Below, piece by piece: positions 53,861-64,000 of a stretch of 64,000 nt of DNA; position 1 is the first letter of the stretch, and each line of letters starts with the position of its first letter. The DNA is taken from the NCBI GenBank assembly GCA_964291215.2, contig OZ219790.1, forward strand, positions 1,312,001-1,376,000. The letters are read 5' to 3'. Source of the stretch: Alphaproteobacteria bacterium. GTDB taxonomy: Bacteria; Pseudomonadota; Alphaproteobacteria; MPNO01; UBA830. The notes under the pieces are model-generated. The model saw only the letters and a program-made list of their open reading frames with translations, had not been told where the DNA came from and did not search any database. A program made the translations under genes and the position numbers.

Positions 53861-54928
53861 ATGGCCGGCGCACAACCCTATGTCTTTACCGCGGCGCGTC
53901 CACAGCCCGACGCGCACGGCCCGAAGCCCGACAGCTTCACCGTCGACATACACTGCCACGTGCACATACCGGCCGCCGCCGAGATCGCCGAGCCTCATTT
54001 CCGTCTCGAGTTCGAGCCAGCGCTGCGATTCGCAGGCGAACTTTCGCAGGTAGTGAACCAGCAACAGGCTACCGACCGCATGCCGCACCTGACAACCATC
54101 GATCACAGGCTGATCGACATGGACAAGATGGGCATCGATCTCCAAACAATCATCCCGCCACCCTTCCAGGCCTATTACTGGCTCGATCCCGATGTCGGCA
54201 TGAAGGCAGCCGAACGGGTCAATGACGGGCTCGCCGAGATCGTCGACGGCATGCCCGACAGGTTCATCGCATTCGGGACCATTCCCCTCCAGGATACCGA
54301 CATGGCCATCGCCGAGCTCGAGCGTGGCGTCAATAGGCTCGGTCTCAACGGATTCCAGATCCTGACCAACGTCAACGGCAGCGAGATCTCCGACCGGCGG
54401 CTCGACCGGTTCTGGGAGAAGGCCCAGGAACTCGACACACTGATCTTCATCCACCCCAACGGCTTCACGTCTGCCGAGCGCTTCACCGACCACTACTTCA
54501 ACAACGTGATCGGAAACCCCCTCGAAACCACGGTCGCGGTGCATCGCCTGATCTTCGACGGGGTGATGGAACGCTATCCCGGCCTGCGCATCCTTCTCGC
54601 TCATGGCGGCGGCTACCTGCCGGCCTATTCTGGGCGGATCGACCATGTCTGGGGAGCGCGGGAGGACGGGCGCCAGAACCTTCCCCATCCGCCCACGACC
54701 TACCTAAAGCGCATGTGGCTCGACACGGTGGTCTTCACGACCCACCAGCTCGAATACCTCATCAGACAGTACGGCGTCGACAAGGTCGTGATGGGCACCG
54801 ACTATCCCTACGACATGGGCGACTACGATCCGGTCGGGCTGGTGGATTCCGTCGAGACGCTGTCGGACACCGACAAGCAGGCCATCTGGGGCGGCAACGC
54901 ACGGGCCCTCCTCAAGATCGACGGCTGA
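53861..54928 (+). CDS. Amidohydrolase-2 family protein (ACMSD-like decarboxylase/hydratase)
   Basis: VDIHCH, FIHP, IGNPLETT, AHGGGYLP..GR, MGTDYPYDM. Confidence 0.88.
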   Translation: MAGAQPYVFTAARPQPDAHGPKPDSFTVDIHCHVHIPAAAEIAEPHFRLEFEPALRFAGELSQVVNQQQATDRMPHLTTIDHRLIDMDKMGIDLQTIIPPPFQAYYWLDPDVGMKAAERVNDGLAEIVDGMPDRFIAFGTIPLQDTDMAIAELERGVNRLGLNGFQILTNVNGSEISDRRLDRFWEKAQELDTLIFIHPNGFTSAERFTDHYFNNVIGNPLETTVAVHRLIFDGVMERYPGLRILLAHGGGYLPAYSGRIDHVWGAREDGRQNLPHPPTTYLKRMWLDTVVFTTHQLEYLIRQYGVDKVVMGTDYPYDMGDYDPVGLVDSVETLSDTDKQAIWGGNARALLKIDG

Positions 54929-55017
54929 CCGCGACCTGCGGCGTCCGCCCTGCGGGCTGTCGCGGCGCTCGCACATCCACGGTGGTGCCAGATGCGCGTA
55001 CCGAACTCTATCGCCGG

Positions 55018-57669
55018 TCAAAAATTCAGCGATATGTCGCGGTGGGACGACATGCAGCCGGCAATCGTCGAGGCCTGCCTGCTGTTGAGGCGCACCTGCG
55101 AGCGCAGGCCGATCGTGTCCCTGATCGCCGCCTCGTAGGCGCCAAGCCCGGGCTGCAGTTCGGCGACCGCCCGCTGCCGCCAGACAAGTTCAGCCGCGTA
55201 GCGCTGCAGGCCCTCGGTGAGGTTGCGTGCAGCGCGTTCGCGGTCCGGTTTGGCGCGGGCGAGCGCCCGGCGCGCGCGTGAGAAACGCGACTTTACGTGG
55301 CTCGCGCCGTCAAGCCCTTCGAAGAGCTTTTCCGCCTCCTTGAACCGCAGCACGGCTTCCGCCGGCGCCAGGGTATCGACAACCGGCTTCAGCGCCTCCA
55401 GCCGCCCGCCAATCGCGGCGAGGTTCTCAGTCTGGTCGACGATCGCGAGAATCCTCGCCACGGGCTCGTAGGCGTCGTCGACCGCGCGGCGATACTTCCT
55501 GCGGGCAGTGGTTTCCGCCTTGGCAAGCGCGACATAGGTCTTGTGATCGGCCTCCCACCCTTCGGGCAGCGTCGCCTCGAGGGCCGCAATCTCGCGCGAG
55601 ACCTCCTCGATCTGCACCCGCAGGTCCGAAGCATCGACGCCATCGCGCCGTCGCTGGCGAATCCCGTCCTCGACATCCGCCGCCTCGGCGGCCAGTTCGC
55701 GAATATCGAGTTGAATTCTCCTGACCGTACGGTGGAGCGGCCGGTAGACGGGAGTGAACGCTTGGACATCCGACGCCGCAACTTGCACCGCAGCGACATG
55801 CCCGAACACGCTGTCCGCCGACTGCAGTCCCTCGTCGAAGGCAGAACGCAATGGCGACGGCAGATACGACCTGTCGAGCTCCCCGGCCGCGGCGATGGCG
55901 CTGCGCAACTCGTCGCGGCGCGCGCCGTAGGCCTCGAACAGCATCTCCTCCATGCACAGCTGGAGGCGGGGGTTCTTCGGCGGCGGCGCGGTCTCCGAGG
56001 TCAGATAGACCCTCGTGGGAAGATAGTTCACGAGCCCCGGCCAGACGCCAACGACGGCGAGGCCGGCGAGCTGCAGGAGAATAAACGGGACGACGCCCGC
56101 ATACATCTGGATGGTCTTGACCGACGGCGGCGCGACGCCGCGCAGGTAGAACAGCGCGAATCCGAAAGGCGGGGTGAGGAACGATGTCTGCATGTTGACC
56201 CCGATCATGACACCGAGCCATACGGCGGTGACGTTGGCCGAGGTGTCGGCGAGCAGTATCGGCGCGATGATCGGTACCACGACGACCGCAATCTCGATGA
56301 AGTCGAGGAAGAAGCCGAGAATGAAGATGACGGCCATGACGACGACGAACTTCGTGATGAAGCCGCCGGGAAGCCCGAACAGGAAATCGCGTACGAGATC
56401 CTCGCCGCCGAACGCGCGAAACGCCGCCGTCAACATGGCGGCGCCGAGAAGGATGATGAAGACCAGCGACGTCGTCTTCGCGGTCTCGATCATCACCCCC
56501 TGGAGGATGCCCTCGATGCGATAGGTGCGCCAGAGGCTCCAGACCACGGCCGTCAGCAGCGCCGCGACCGCGACCGCGGCAAGGGCAACGCCGGTCCATT
56601 CGGACATGGTCTGCGTGTTCTTGATGTTGATGTCGTAGCTGTAGAGAAGCGCCACGAGGGCGGCGACGGCTGCGATCGCCAGGATGGCGGGCGCGAACGC
56701 TCCGCGCTCCCGGGCCTTCAGGCGGTACCCGGCCATGATCACGGCGCCGATCGCGCCGATCGCACCGGCCTGGTTCACCGTCGCGACACCCATGATGATG
56801 GAACCGAGGACGATGAAGATCAGGGCAAGCGGCGGCACCAGCGCCAATGCGACCTTGAGCAGGAACCGGGCGTCGAAGCCGCTGTCGGACCGCACCGGCG
56901 GCGCGACCTTGGGGCGCAGCAGCGAAATGATCAGGATGTAGGCCATGTAGAGGCCCACGAGCACCAGTCCCGGCAGCAGCGCGCCGAGGAACATGTCGCC
57001 CGCGCTCGTCGAGGTGAGGCTGAATTCGCTCGGCAGCGACGCCTGACCTGTAGCCGCCTTGAACTCGGCCTTGCGGAGCGTGCTGGCCTGGTCGGTGGCG
57101 CTGGCGAGCTGGTCGGCGAGGATGATCAGCACTATAGACGGCGGGATGATCTGGCCCAGTGTCCCTGAAGCGCTGATGGTGCCGGTGGCGAGCGATTTCG
57201 AGTAGTTCGCGCGCAGCATTACCGGCAACGAGATGAGTCCCATCGCCACGACCGTCGCGCCGACGATTCCCGTGGTCGCCGCCAAGAGCGCGCCGACGAA
57301 CACCACCGCGATGCCAAGGCCGCCGGGGATCGGCCCGAAGAGCTGGGCCATCGTGATAAGAAGGTCTTCCGCTACCTTGGAGCGCTCGAGCATGATGCCC
57401 ATGAAAACGAAGAGCGGAATCGCGATCAGCGTGTCTCGCTCGACCTCCCAGTAGACGCCGCGGAAGTTGGTAACGCCGGCGTTCAGCCATTGCTGGGGGC
57501 CACCATGGAGAAAATACGCGTCGGGATTGCCGGTGAAGACGTAACCGCAGAGCGCCGCAAGCCCGATCGACAGGATCGCGGATCCGGGGAGCGCGAAGGC
57601 GACGGGATAGCCCGAGGCCAAGGCGGCCGCCATCGTGGCGAGGAGGATGACGAGAAAGACGATTTCCAT
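55018..57669 (-). CDS. TRAP transporter large permease (DctM) with long C-terminal helical extension
   Basis: LIAIPLFVFMG, ASGTLGQIIPPS, LGFFLDFIEI, QTSFLTPPFGF; extra ~330-aa soluble domain. Confidence 0.9.
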   Translation of the reverse strand: MEIVFLVILLATMAAALASGYPVAFALPGSAILSIGLAALCGYVFTGNPDAYFLHGGPQQWLNAGVTNFRGVYWEVERDTLIAIPLFVFMGIMLERSKVAEDLLITMAQLFGPIPGGLGIAVVFVGALLAATTGIVGATVVAMGLISLPVMLRANYSKSLATGTISASGTLGQIIPPSIVLIILADQLASATDQASTLRKAEFKAATGQASLPSEFSLTSTSAGDMFLGALLPGLVLVGLYMAYILIISLLRPKVAPPVRSDSGFDARFLLKVALALVPPLALIFIVLGSIIMGVATVNQAGAIGAIGAVIMAGYRLKARERGAFAPAILAIAAVAALVALLYSYDINIKNTQTMSEWTGVALAAVAVAALLTAVVWSLWRTYRIEGILQGVMIETAKTTSLVFIILLGAAMLTAAFRAFGGEDLVRDFLFGLPGGFITKFVVVMAVIFILGFFLDFIEIAVVVVPIIAPILLADTSANVTAVWLGVMIGVNMQTSFLTPPFGFALFYLRGVAPPSVKTIQMYAGVVPFILLQLAGLAVVGVWPGLVNYLPTRVYLTSETAPPPKNPRLQLCMEEMLFEAYGARRDELRSAIAAAGELDRSYLPSPLRSAFDEGLQSADSVFGHVAAVQVAASDVQAFTPVYRPLHRTVRRIQLDIRELAAEAADVEDGIRQRRRDGVDASDLRVQIEEVSREIAALEATLPEGWEADHKTYVALAKAETTARRKYRRAVDDAYEPVARILAIVDQTENLAAIGGRLEALKPVVDTLAPAEAVLRFKEAEKLFEGLDGASHVKSRFSRARRALARAKPDRERAARNLTEGLQRYAAELVWRQRAVAELQPGLGAYEAAIRDTIGLRSQVRLNSRQASTIAGCMSSHRDISLNF

Positions 57670-57694
57670 GGCCGGGCTGCCGCGCCGCGATACG

Positions 57695-58735
57695 CTAGGG
57701 CGCGCCCTGGTGGCCGGTGGACCGGGCGTCGCTGTCGCCGAGAAGCACCGCGGCGTTGCGCAGTGCGTAGCCGAGGAATTGCATCAGCATGCTCAACGCA
57801 TAGACCAGCAGGAAACCGGCCATCAGATACTTCACATACATGCCGTAGCCGCTCTGGGTGACCTCATAGCTGAGAAGCGGGGCGTTTATCAGGTTGGATT
57901 TGCCCCACATCCCGGAGGTCAGGATGACCCAGCAGAGCGGAACCCCGAGAATTATCGAACCCACGACATTCGACCAGGCCTTGGCCCGGTCGCTAAGCGC
58001 CGTGTAGATCACGTCGACACGCACGTGCCCTTCCTCGATCAACGTGTAGGCGCTCGCGAACAGGAACAGGGCAGCGTACCAGAAACGAACAAGATCGCCC
58101 ATGAAGGCCTGCTCGTAGGAGAAAACGAACCGCGCCACCACGATCTGGAATTCGGCGAGCACGATCAGGAGCGCCAGCCATATGAATCCCAGAGAACGCC
58201 GGAAATACGCGATCACCAGCGCGACCGCCATCAACGGAAAGTGAATCAGCTTGCCGCGGTAGCTGGACCGCCCGAGGTCCTTGGCGAGGCTCTCGCCGAC
58301 GATGTCGCGGAGCAGCCCCTCGACGCGCAGGAACGAGATCACCATGTCGGCGACGCCGACGAGAAGGACGCCCCAGAACGCCGCCCGGGCAATGTAGGCG
58401 GCGACGGCGGCGAAGCTGGTCGCGTCCGTCATCAACGTGCGGCCGCGCGCGAGGAGCACGAAGGCACAGGCCACGGCCACGGTGGCAACATAGAACAGGA
58501 GCTGAAGCGACCCGAGTACGACACCCGCGCCGTCAAGGGGCTGGTCAGGCTCGGCAGCACCTGGCCAGCCGACGTCAGCGAGCAGGGTTCCGACGCCCGG
58601 CCAGCCGCCCCAGAAAATCAGGAAGTTGTTCAGCGTGAAGGCCAGCGCCATCCCGGCAACCGCCAGCGCCGCCGCCCGAAGCACCCTTCCAAGGGCCCGC
58701 GAACGGCGTCCCGTACCCTGCGATGCCGAGGCCAT
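57695..58735 (-). CDS. TRAP transporter small permease (DctQ) with N-terminal extension
   Basis: VVARFVF, YAALFLFASAYTL..GHVRVD. Confidence 0.85.
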   Translation of the reverse strand: MASASQGTGRRSRALGRVLRAAALAVAGMALAFTLNNFLIFWGGWPGVGTLLADVGWPGAAEPDQPLDGAGVVLGSLQLLFYVATVAVACAFVLLARGRTLMTDATSFAAVAAYIARAAFWGVLLVGVADMVISFLRVEGLLRDIVGESLAKDLGRSSYRGKLIHFPLMAVALVIAYFRRSLGFIWLALLIVLAEFQIVVARFVFSYEQAFMGDLVRFWYAALFLFASAYTLIEEGHVRVDVIYTALSDRAKAWSNVVGSIILGVPLCWVILTSGMWGKSNLINAPLLSYEVTQSGYGMYVKYLMAGFLLVYALSMLMQFLGYALRNAAVLLGDSDARSTGHQGAP

Positions 58736-58827
58736 GATCCCCACGCAGTCACCCGTCTCCCGGGGGATGCCGGATACTGAAAGCGGAGCCCGAAGGCTCC
58801 GCTTTCTCCGTAAATCGTATCCGGCCG

Positions 58828-59967
58828 CTAGACGCCGAGGACGCGGTTGCGCTGGGCGACATAGGCCTGGTCGGAAATCTTCGACCAGCCGCCCAGATCC
58901 TTGCGTGCAGCCAGGAAGCTCTCGTGTATGGTCTTGGCGAGCGCGCTGTGGGAGACCACGGTTTCGAAGACCTCGGCCGCAGCCTCTCCGAAACTGTCAT
59001 AGACATCGTCGTTGAACTTGCGCAGCTTGACGCCGTGCTCGCTCAGGAGCTTGGCCAGCGCGGCACCGTTCTTGGCATTGTACTCAGCCATCATGACGTC
59101 GTTTTCCATGCCGGCGGCGGCCTCAATCAGAATCTGGTCGGACTTTGTCAGCTTGCCCCACCACGATGCGTTCATGCCCAGCGAGAGCATCGCGCCCGGC
59201 TCGTGCATGCCCGGATAGTAGTAGAACTTCGCCGCCTCGTAGAACTTCATGAAGCTGTCGTTCCACGGGCCGACCCACTCGGTGGCGTCGATCGCGCCCG
59301 ACACCAGGTTCTCGTAGATCTGGCCGCCGGGAAGCGACACCGGCGAGGCGCCGAGCTTGGCCATGACGTCGCCACCGAGGCCCGGAATGCGCATCTTGAG
59401 CCCCTTGAGGTCGTCCGAGGAGTTGATTTCCTTGTTGAACCAGCCGCCCATCTGGACGCCCGTATTGCCGCACATCACGGCCTTGAGGCCGAAGTCACCG
59501 GCCAGCTTGTCCCACAACTCCTGTCCGCCACCGAAGCGGATCCAGGCGTTGATCTCGGTGTAGGTCAGGCCGAAAGGCACCGACGTGAAGTACGCCCAGC
59601 CGGGATGCTTGCCCTTCCAGTAGTAGTCAGCGGCGTGATAGGCTTGCGCGTTGCCGGACGCGACCTCGTCGAACGAATCGAACGCGCCGACCCGCTCACC
59701 GGCCGCGAAGTACTGGACCTTGATGCGGCCTTCGGTCATGTCCTCGACGCGCTTGGCAAAGCGCTGGGCGCCTGTGCCAAGGCCGGGAAAGTCACGCGGC
59801 CAAGTCGTAACGATCGCCATTTCGGTGCGCTTCTGGGCAACCGCAGGCGCAGAGATCGCAGCAGTTGCCCCTGCCCCGGCAAGCGCCGCACCCTTAATAA
59901 AGGACCGCCGTCCCGCGGTCTTGGCGCCCCCCCCCTTTTCCGTGATCTGCTTGTTGTCGTTGGTCAT
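58828..59967 (-). CDS. TRAP solute-binding protein (DctP, TakP-like), Tat-exported
   Basis: RRSFIK Tat motif; YYWKGK, GNTGVQMGGWF, KMRIPGLGG, EWVGPWND. Confidence 0.92.
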   Translation of the reverse strand: MTNDNKQITEKGGGAKTAGRRSFIKGAALAGAGATAAISAPAVAQKRTEMAIVTTWPRDFPGLGTGAQRFAKRVEDMTEGRIKVQYFAAGERVGAFDSFDEVASGNAQAYHAADYYWKGKHPGWAYFTSVPFGLTYTEINAWIRFGGGQELWDKLAGDFGLKAVMCGNTGVQMGGWFNKEINSSDDLKGLKMRIPGLGGDVMAKLGASPVSLPGGQIYENLVSGAIDATEWVGPWNDSFMKFYEAAKFYYYPGMHEPGAMLSLGMNASWWGKLTKSDQILIEAAAGMENDVMMAEYNAKNGAALAKLLSEHGVKLRKFNDDVYDSFGEAAAEVFETVVSHSALAKTIHESFLAARKDLGGWSKISDQAYVAQRNRVLGV

Positions 59968-60382
59968 CACTTACCATCCTCCATCTCTTGAAGCGGCGCC
60001 CGGCGAAACCACTCGACCATCCAAGATTTCAGCATTCAGATTATCATGTCCGGCCACCACGATTGCCGCCGTTTATACCACAGCCCGAATTCCGACAAAA
60101 CGTCTGGTAAAGAGCATGCCCACGGCTCCGAAACGCGCCGCTCCGGCAGGGTTCCGGCGCTCCTTGGTTGCACCCGCCTGCGGAGAGCCTGCGGCGCGGA
60201 TTTTGCCGCTGCTCTTCAATTCGGTACCGGCCGATGGTATCGTCGGATTTCTTGCCCCTGCTTGAACATGGTGGTGCGTCGTCGGCATTGGATGAGGCTG
60301 GCGGGCATTCTCGTGGCATCCACCCTGGCGCGCCGATCCATGGCCGGCAACCGGCCTCCTTCCAGATCCGCCGAAACCCGCA

Positions 60383-61609
60383 ATGCTCCGAACCGTCGTC
60401 AAGAATCCGTATTTTGCCCTGTTCTGCGCCGTCGGCATCGTCTTTCTTGCCTATGGCAGCCGCCAGAGTTTCGGAATCTACCTCCGCCCCATCACCGTCG
60501 AGATGGGATGGGGGCGCGAAAGCCTGTCGCTGGTCTTCGGAACCCAGGCGCTGGTCTACGGGCTGGCGGCGCCGTTCGTCGGCGCGGTCGCCGACAAGTG
60601 GGGTCCGGCGCGGGTCCTCATGGCCGCGGGCCTGATGTATTCCGGCGGCATCTTCCTGATGTCGCAGCAGGTGACGCCGGAAGGCATGTTGCTGAGTGCC
60701 GGGCTTCTCGGCGGCATCGGCTCTGCGGGGTGCGCACTCTCGATGGTGCTGGCCATCATCGCCCGCATCGCCCCCGACCACCGGCGCAGCCTGTGGTTCG
60801 GCGTTATCACCTCGGGAGCGACAGCGGGACAGTTCGTTCTGGTCCCCTCCGGTCAGTACATCATCAACGATCACGGCTGGCTTATCGCCCTGATCGCACT
60901 GTCGCTGTTCGTCCTCCTGATCCTGCCGCTCGGCTTCATGCTGGGCACCGCCGCGGGCCGGATCACACCCGACGAGAAGGACAACCGAGGACTCTTCGCA
61001 GCGCTCGGCGAGGCGCGCCGCCACCGCGGATTCTGGCTTCTCGTTCTCGGCTTTTTCACCTGCGGCTTCCAGATCCAGTACATAAACAACCACCTTCCGG
61101 CCTATCTCCAGGACATGAATCTCGATCCCATTGTCGGCGCATTCGCGATCTCGGTGATCGGCATCTTCAACATGATCGGAACCTGGGTCTCGGGCTGGCT
61201 GGGCGACCGCTACCGCAAGAAGTACCTGCTGGCGGTTCTCTATTTATTGCGCTCGCTGATATTCATGATCTTCATCCTCATCCCGCTATCCGAGTGGTCC
61301 GTCTACATCTTCGCCGCCAGCGTCGGGCTCCTGTGGCTCGCGACCGTGCCGCTCACCTCCGGCATCGTGTTCCACATGTTCGGCGCGCGCTACATGGCCA
61401 CGCTCTACGGAATCGTATTCCTCAGCCACCAGGCCGGCAGTTTTACCAGCGTCTGGCTCGGCGGAAGGATCTGGGATCTGACGGGTTCCTACGAACTCGC
61501 CTGGTGGATCGTGATCATCGGCGGCGCACTCGCATCCCTGCTCCACTGGCCCATAGATGACCGGCCGGTCTCGGAGGTCCTCGCCGACCGCCGCGCCGCG
61601 GCGACCTGA
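60383..61609 (+). CDS. MFS transporter
   Basis: RQSFG, GAVADKWG, FWLL..FFTCGF, LWLATVPLT, HQAGSF. Confidence 0.9.
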   Translation: MLRTVVKNPYFALFCAVGIVFLAYGSRQSFGIYLRPITVEMGWGRESLSLVFGTQALVYGLAAPFVGAVADKWGPARVLMAAGLMYSGGIFLMSQQVTPEGMLLSAGLLGGIGSAGCALSMVLAIIARIAPDHRRSLWFGVITSGATAGQFVLVPSGQYIINDHGWLIALIALSLFVLLILPLGFMLGTAAGRITPDEKDNRGLFAALGEARRHRGFWLLVLGFFTCGFQIQYINNHLPAYLQDMNLDPIVGAFAISVIGIFNMIGTWVSGWLGDRYRKKYLLAVLYLLRSLIFMIFILIPLSEWSVYIFAASVGLLWLATVPLTSGIVFHMFGARYMATLYGIVFLSHQAGSFTSVWLGGRIWDLTGSYELAWWIVIIGGALASLLHWPIDDRPVSEVLADRRAAAT

Positions 61610-61653
61610 CATGACGCGTGCCACCGGCCTCTGCCCGTCGGGGAGATGATGCG

Positions 61654-62544
61654 TTGCCGACGCGATCCGACGGCTCCTACGCACCGGCGCTGAACAACTT
61701 GCGCGCCGTCCTGTGGATGCTCGCGGCGGTGACCCTGCTGACGGCGATGTTCGTCGTCATCAAGCAGATGATCACCGAACTGCCGGTGTTCGTGGTCGCG
61801 CTGGCGCGGACCTTCTTTTCCCTTGCATGCCTGCTGCCCTGGCTGGCCCGCGTCGGTCCTGCCGGCATCCGCACCACCCGGATCGGCATGCATTTCCTGC
61901 GCAGCTTCTGCGGTATCGCGGCGTTCGTGCTTATTGTCTACGCCCTGCAGTGGCTGATTCTTGCCGATGCGATGGTACTTGCCTTCACCTCACCGTTCTG
62001 GTCGATCCTGATTTCCGCTCTGGTGCTCGGCGAGGCCATCCGCGGCAACCGCATCGCAGCTGCCCTCGTAGGATTCTGCGGCGTGGTGATGATCGTCAAG
62101 CCGCAGGGTGGCATCGAACTTGCAATGCTTCTCGCTCTCGGCAGTGCGGTGATGACGTCGAGCGCAATGATCTCGATGAAGCACCTGTCCTCGACCGAAC
62201 CGCCGACCCGGATCGTGTTCTATTTCATGCTGTTCGGAACGCTGCTGCTGGTACCGCCGGCTGCCGCCACCTGGCAAACGCCGACCCTCGAACAGCTCGG
62301 ATGGCTGGTCCTGACAGGTGTGCTCGGAGCCGTCGGCCAGGCGTTTCTCGCCCGCGCCTACGACGCCGGCGAGATCAGCATTGTCGCGCCGCTCGATTTC
62401 GTGCGCCTGCCGGTGGCGGCGCTGCTCGGCTACATCGTGTTCAGCGAAATCCCCGACCTGTGGTCGATTGCCGGCACAGTCATCATCATCTGCGCCGCGA
62501 TATATCTTGCCCGCGCCGGTACCCGGCGGCTGCGGAGCACGTGA
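61654..62544 (+). CDS. DMT/EamA-family transporter
   Basis: Two EamA repeats (F.SP....LVLGE; AY..GE...VAP.DF); start uncertain. Confidence 0.88.
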   Translation: MPTRSDGSYAPALNNLRAVLWMLAAVTLLTAMFVVIKQMITELPVFVVALARTFFSLACLLPWLARVGPAGIRTTRIGMHFLRSFCGIAAFVLIVYALQWLILADAMVLAFTSPFWSILISALVLGEAIRGNRIAAALVGFCGVVMIVKPQGGIELAMLLALGSAVMTSSAMISMKHLSSTEPPTRIVFYFMLFGTLLLVPPAAATWQTPTLEQLGWLVLTGVLGAVGQAFLARAYDAGEISIVAPLDFVRLPVAALLGYIVFSEIPDLWSIAGTVIIICAAIYLARAGTRRLRST

Positions 62545-62636
62545 CGTGGAATTGCATCCGGCCGGCAGCGGCGTTACCGCGATGCCTGTCCAGGCGACCA
62601 ATCCCGCCTGCGGAGGCCGGGGACCCTCGGGCCGGA

Positions 62637-63920
62637 TCAGCTACCGCCGCCAGGCGTAGCGCGCTCTGACGCCTTTTCGTTCCCGGTGGCCTCCGCCGCC
62701 GGCTCGTCCTTTGCATCCTCGCCCTCCGGCATGCCCGAGCGGATCCACAGTCCCCAGGCCTGGCGTTCCGTCACGGTCATCCCGGTCTTGTTGCCGAGCG
62801 GCATGGCATTCGACAGGATCGACTGCTTGAACACGCGGGCACTGTGCCGGCGAATGTCGGCGACAGTATCAAGCATGACGCCGCCCGGCGCCTTGTCGAG
62901 GTCGGGATCGGCAGGTCTCTCGGCATGACAGCTCACGCAGCGGGCCTGTGAAATCGCAAGAATATCGCCGGCTGACGGGACCTCGCGATCGGCGAGGGAC
63001 GGATCCTCGGGCCGCCAGCTCAGATAGGCGATCAGCAGGATCATCAGAACCACCGCCGTCGGCCACTGCCAGCGCAGGGTGCGGATAGGGCACCCGCTGT
63101 GCATCAGGTTGAAGAAATGCCGTATCGTCGCCCCGACCAGCAGCACCAGCGTCACCACAAGCCAACTGTGCTCGTTGTCGTACAGCATCGGGTAATGCTG
63201 GCTGATCATCATCAGAATGACCGGCAGCGTGAGATAGTTGTTGTGCGTCGAACGGTGCTTGCCTTGGATGCCGAGCGCGGGATCGGGCTCCTCGCCGGCA
63301 ATCAGCGCGTTCACGACCTTCTTCTGGTTGGGAATGATGATGAAGAACACGTTCCCCACCATGATCGAGCCGACCATAGCGCCGACATGAACGAACGCTG
63401 CGCGGCCGCTGAACAGATGGGTCAGGAAATAGGCCGAAAAAGCGATCAGGGCGAAGACGGCGGCCGACAGCAGAAGCGGATGGCTGTTGAACGGCGAGCG
63501 GCACAGCCCGTCATAGATAAGCCAGCCGCCAGCGAAGAACGCGACGCTGATGGCGACCGCCTCCCACGGCTGGAGGTCGAGCACCTCCTTGTCGATGAGG
63601 TAGCTCTCGGCGCCCCAGTAGTAGATCACCGCGAGAAGCGCGAAGCCCGAGAGCCAGGTGAAGTACGCCTCGTACTTGAACCAGTGGAGCTCTTTCGGAA
63701 GTTCCTCGGGCGCGACCACGTACTTGCGCATGAGATAGAATCCGCCACCATGCACGTTCCACGATTCGCCGCCGACGCCTGACGGCAAGCCGGCATGCTT
63801 CCGCAAGCTGAAGTCGAGGAAGATGAAATAGAACGACGTGCCGATCCACGCGATGCCAGCGATCACGTGAAGCCACCGGAGGCCCAACTCCAGCCAGTCG
63901 GCGTAGGCAATTTCCAGCAT
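62637..63920 (-). CDS. puuD: Urate hydroxylase PuuD (membrane domain plus cytochrome c)
   Basis: RWLHVIAGIAWIGTSFYF, VHGGGFY, LHWFKYEAY, HNNYLTLP, CVSCH, MPLGN.T. Confidence 0.93.
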   Translation of the reverse strand: MLEIAYADWLELGLRWLHVIAGIAWIGTSFYFIFLDFSLRKHAGLPSGVGGESWNVHGGGFYLMRKYVVAPEELPKELHWFKYEAYFTWLSGFALLAVIYYWGAESYLIDKEVLDLQPWEAVAISVAFFAGGWLIYDGLCRSPFNSHPLLLSAAVFALIAFSAYFLTHLFSGRAAFVHVGAMVGSIMVGNVFFIIIPNQKKVVNALIAGEEPDPALGIQGKHRSTHNNYLTLPVILMMISQHYPMLYDNEHSWLVVTLVLLVGATIRHFFNLMHSGCPIRTLRWQWPTAVVLMILLIAYLSWRPEDPSLADREVPSAGDILAISQARCVSCHAERPADPDLDKAPGGVMLDTVADIRRHSARVFKQSILSNAMPLGNKTGMTVTERQAWGLWIRSGMPEGEDAKDEPAAEATGNEKASERATPGGGS

Positions 63921-63929
63921 GTACGGCTC

Positions 63930-64000
63930 CTAGCTACCGCGATAGCTCGAATAGCCGTAAGGAGAGATCAGGAGCGGCACATGGTAGTTCTGCGCCGGAT
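63930..64000 (-). CDS. uraH: 5-hydroxyisourate hydrolase (3' end)
   Basis: YHVPLLISPYGYSSYRGS* signature; upstream of puuD. Confidence 0.9.
   Translation of the reverse strand, partial: PAQNYHVPLLISPYGYSSYRGS

Overview
High-GC alphaproteobacterial chromosomal segment (rpoH-rluD at the left end, puuD-uraH at the right end; the gene content resembles marine/sponge-associated Rhodospirillales-like genomes, which is inference). Intact housekeeping, aromatic/organic-acid catabolic and transport genes (15.0-25.0 kb, 45.2-64 kb) alternate with two clusters of mobile DNA (1.9-15.0 kb and 25.1-44.8 kb). The clusters hold nested IS256, IS630, IS110, ISAs1, IS66, IS4 and IS5 elements, an intact cargo-carrying IS1595 element with an 8-bp target-site duplication (TSD), three group II intron remnants and a ~195-bp MITE present twice. 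Main points: (i) two IS110 copies whose upstream RNAs look like bridge RNAs, with a shared donor guide but different target guides that match each copy's own flank in ISAs1 genes; (ii) an IS1595 transporter element with passenger genes and several promoter/hairpin RNA modules; (iii) three unrelated IS families carrying a predicted DNA-modifying gene next to the transposase (Dam-like MTase on IS66; DUF4338 on ISAs1 and IS4); (iv) dense 1-12 bp deletion erosion of old mobile DNA; (v) a group II intron inserted antisense into IS66 and duplicated with it around lower-GC cargo; (vi) a QueG-like Fe-S protein plus HTH-fused CoA ligase operon. No CRISPR array or rRNA was seen. All family assignments come from motif recognition by eye, not database searches.
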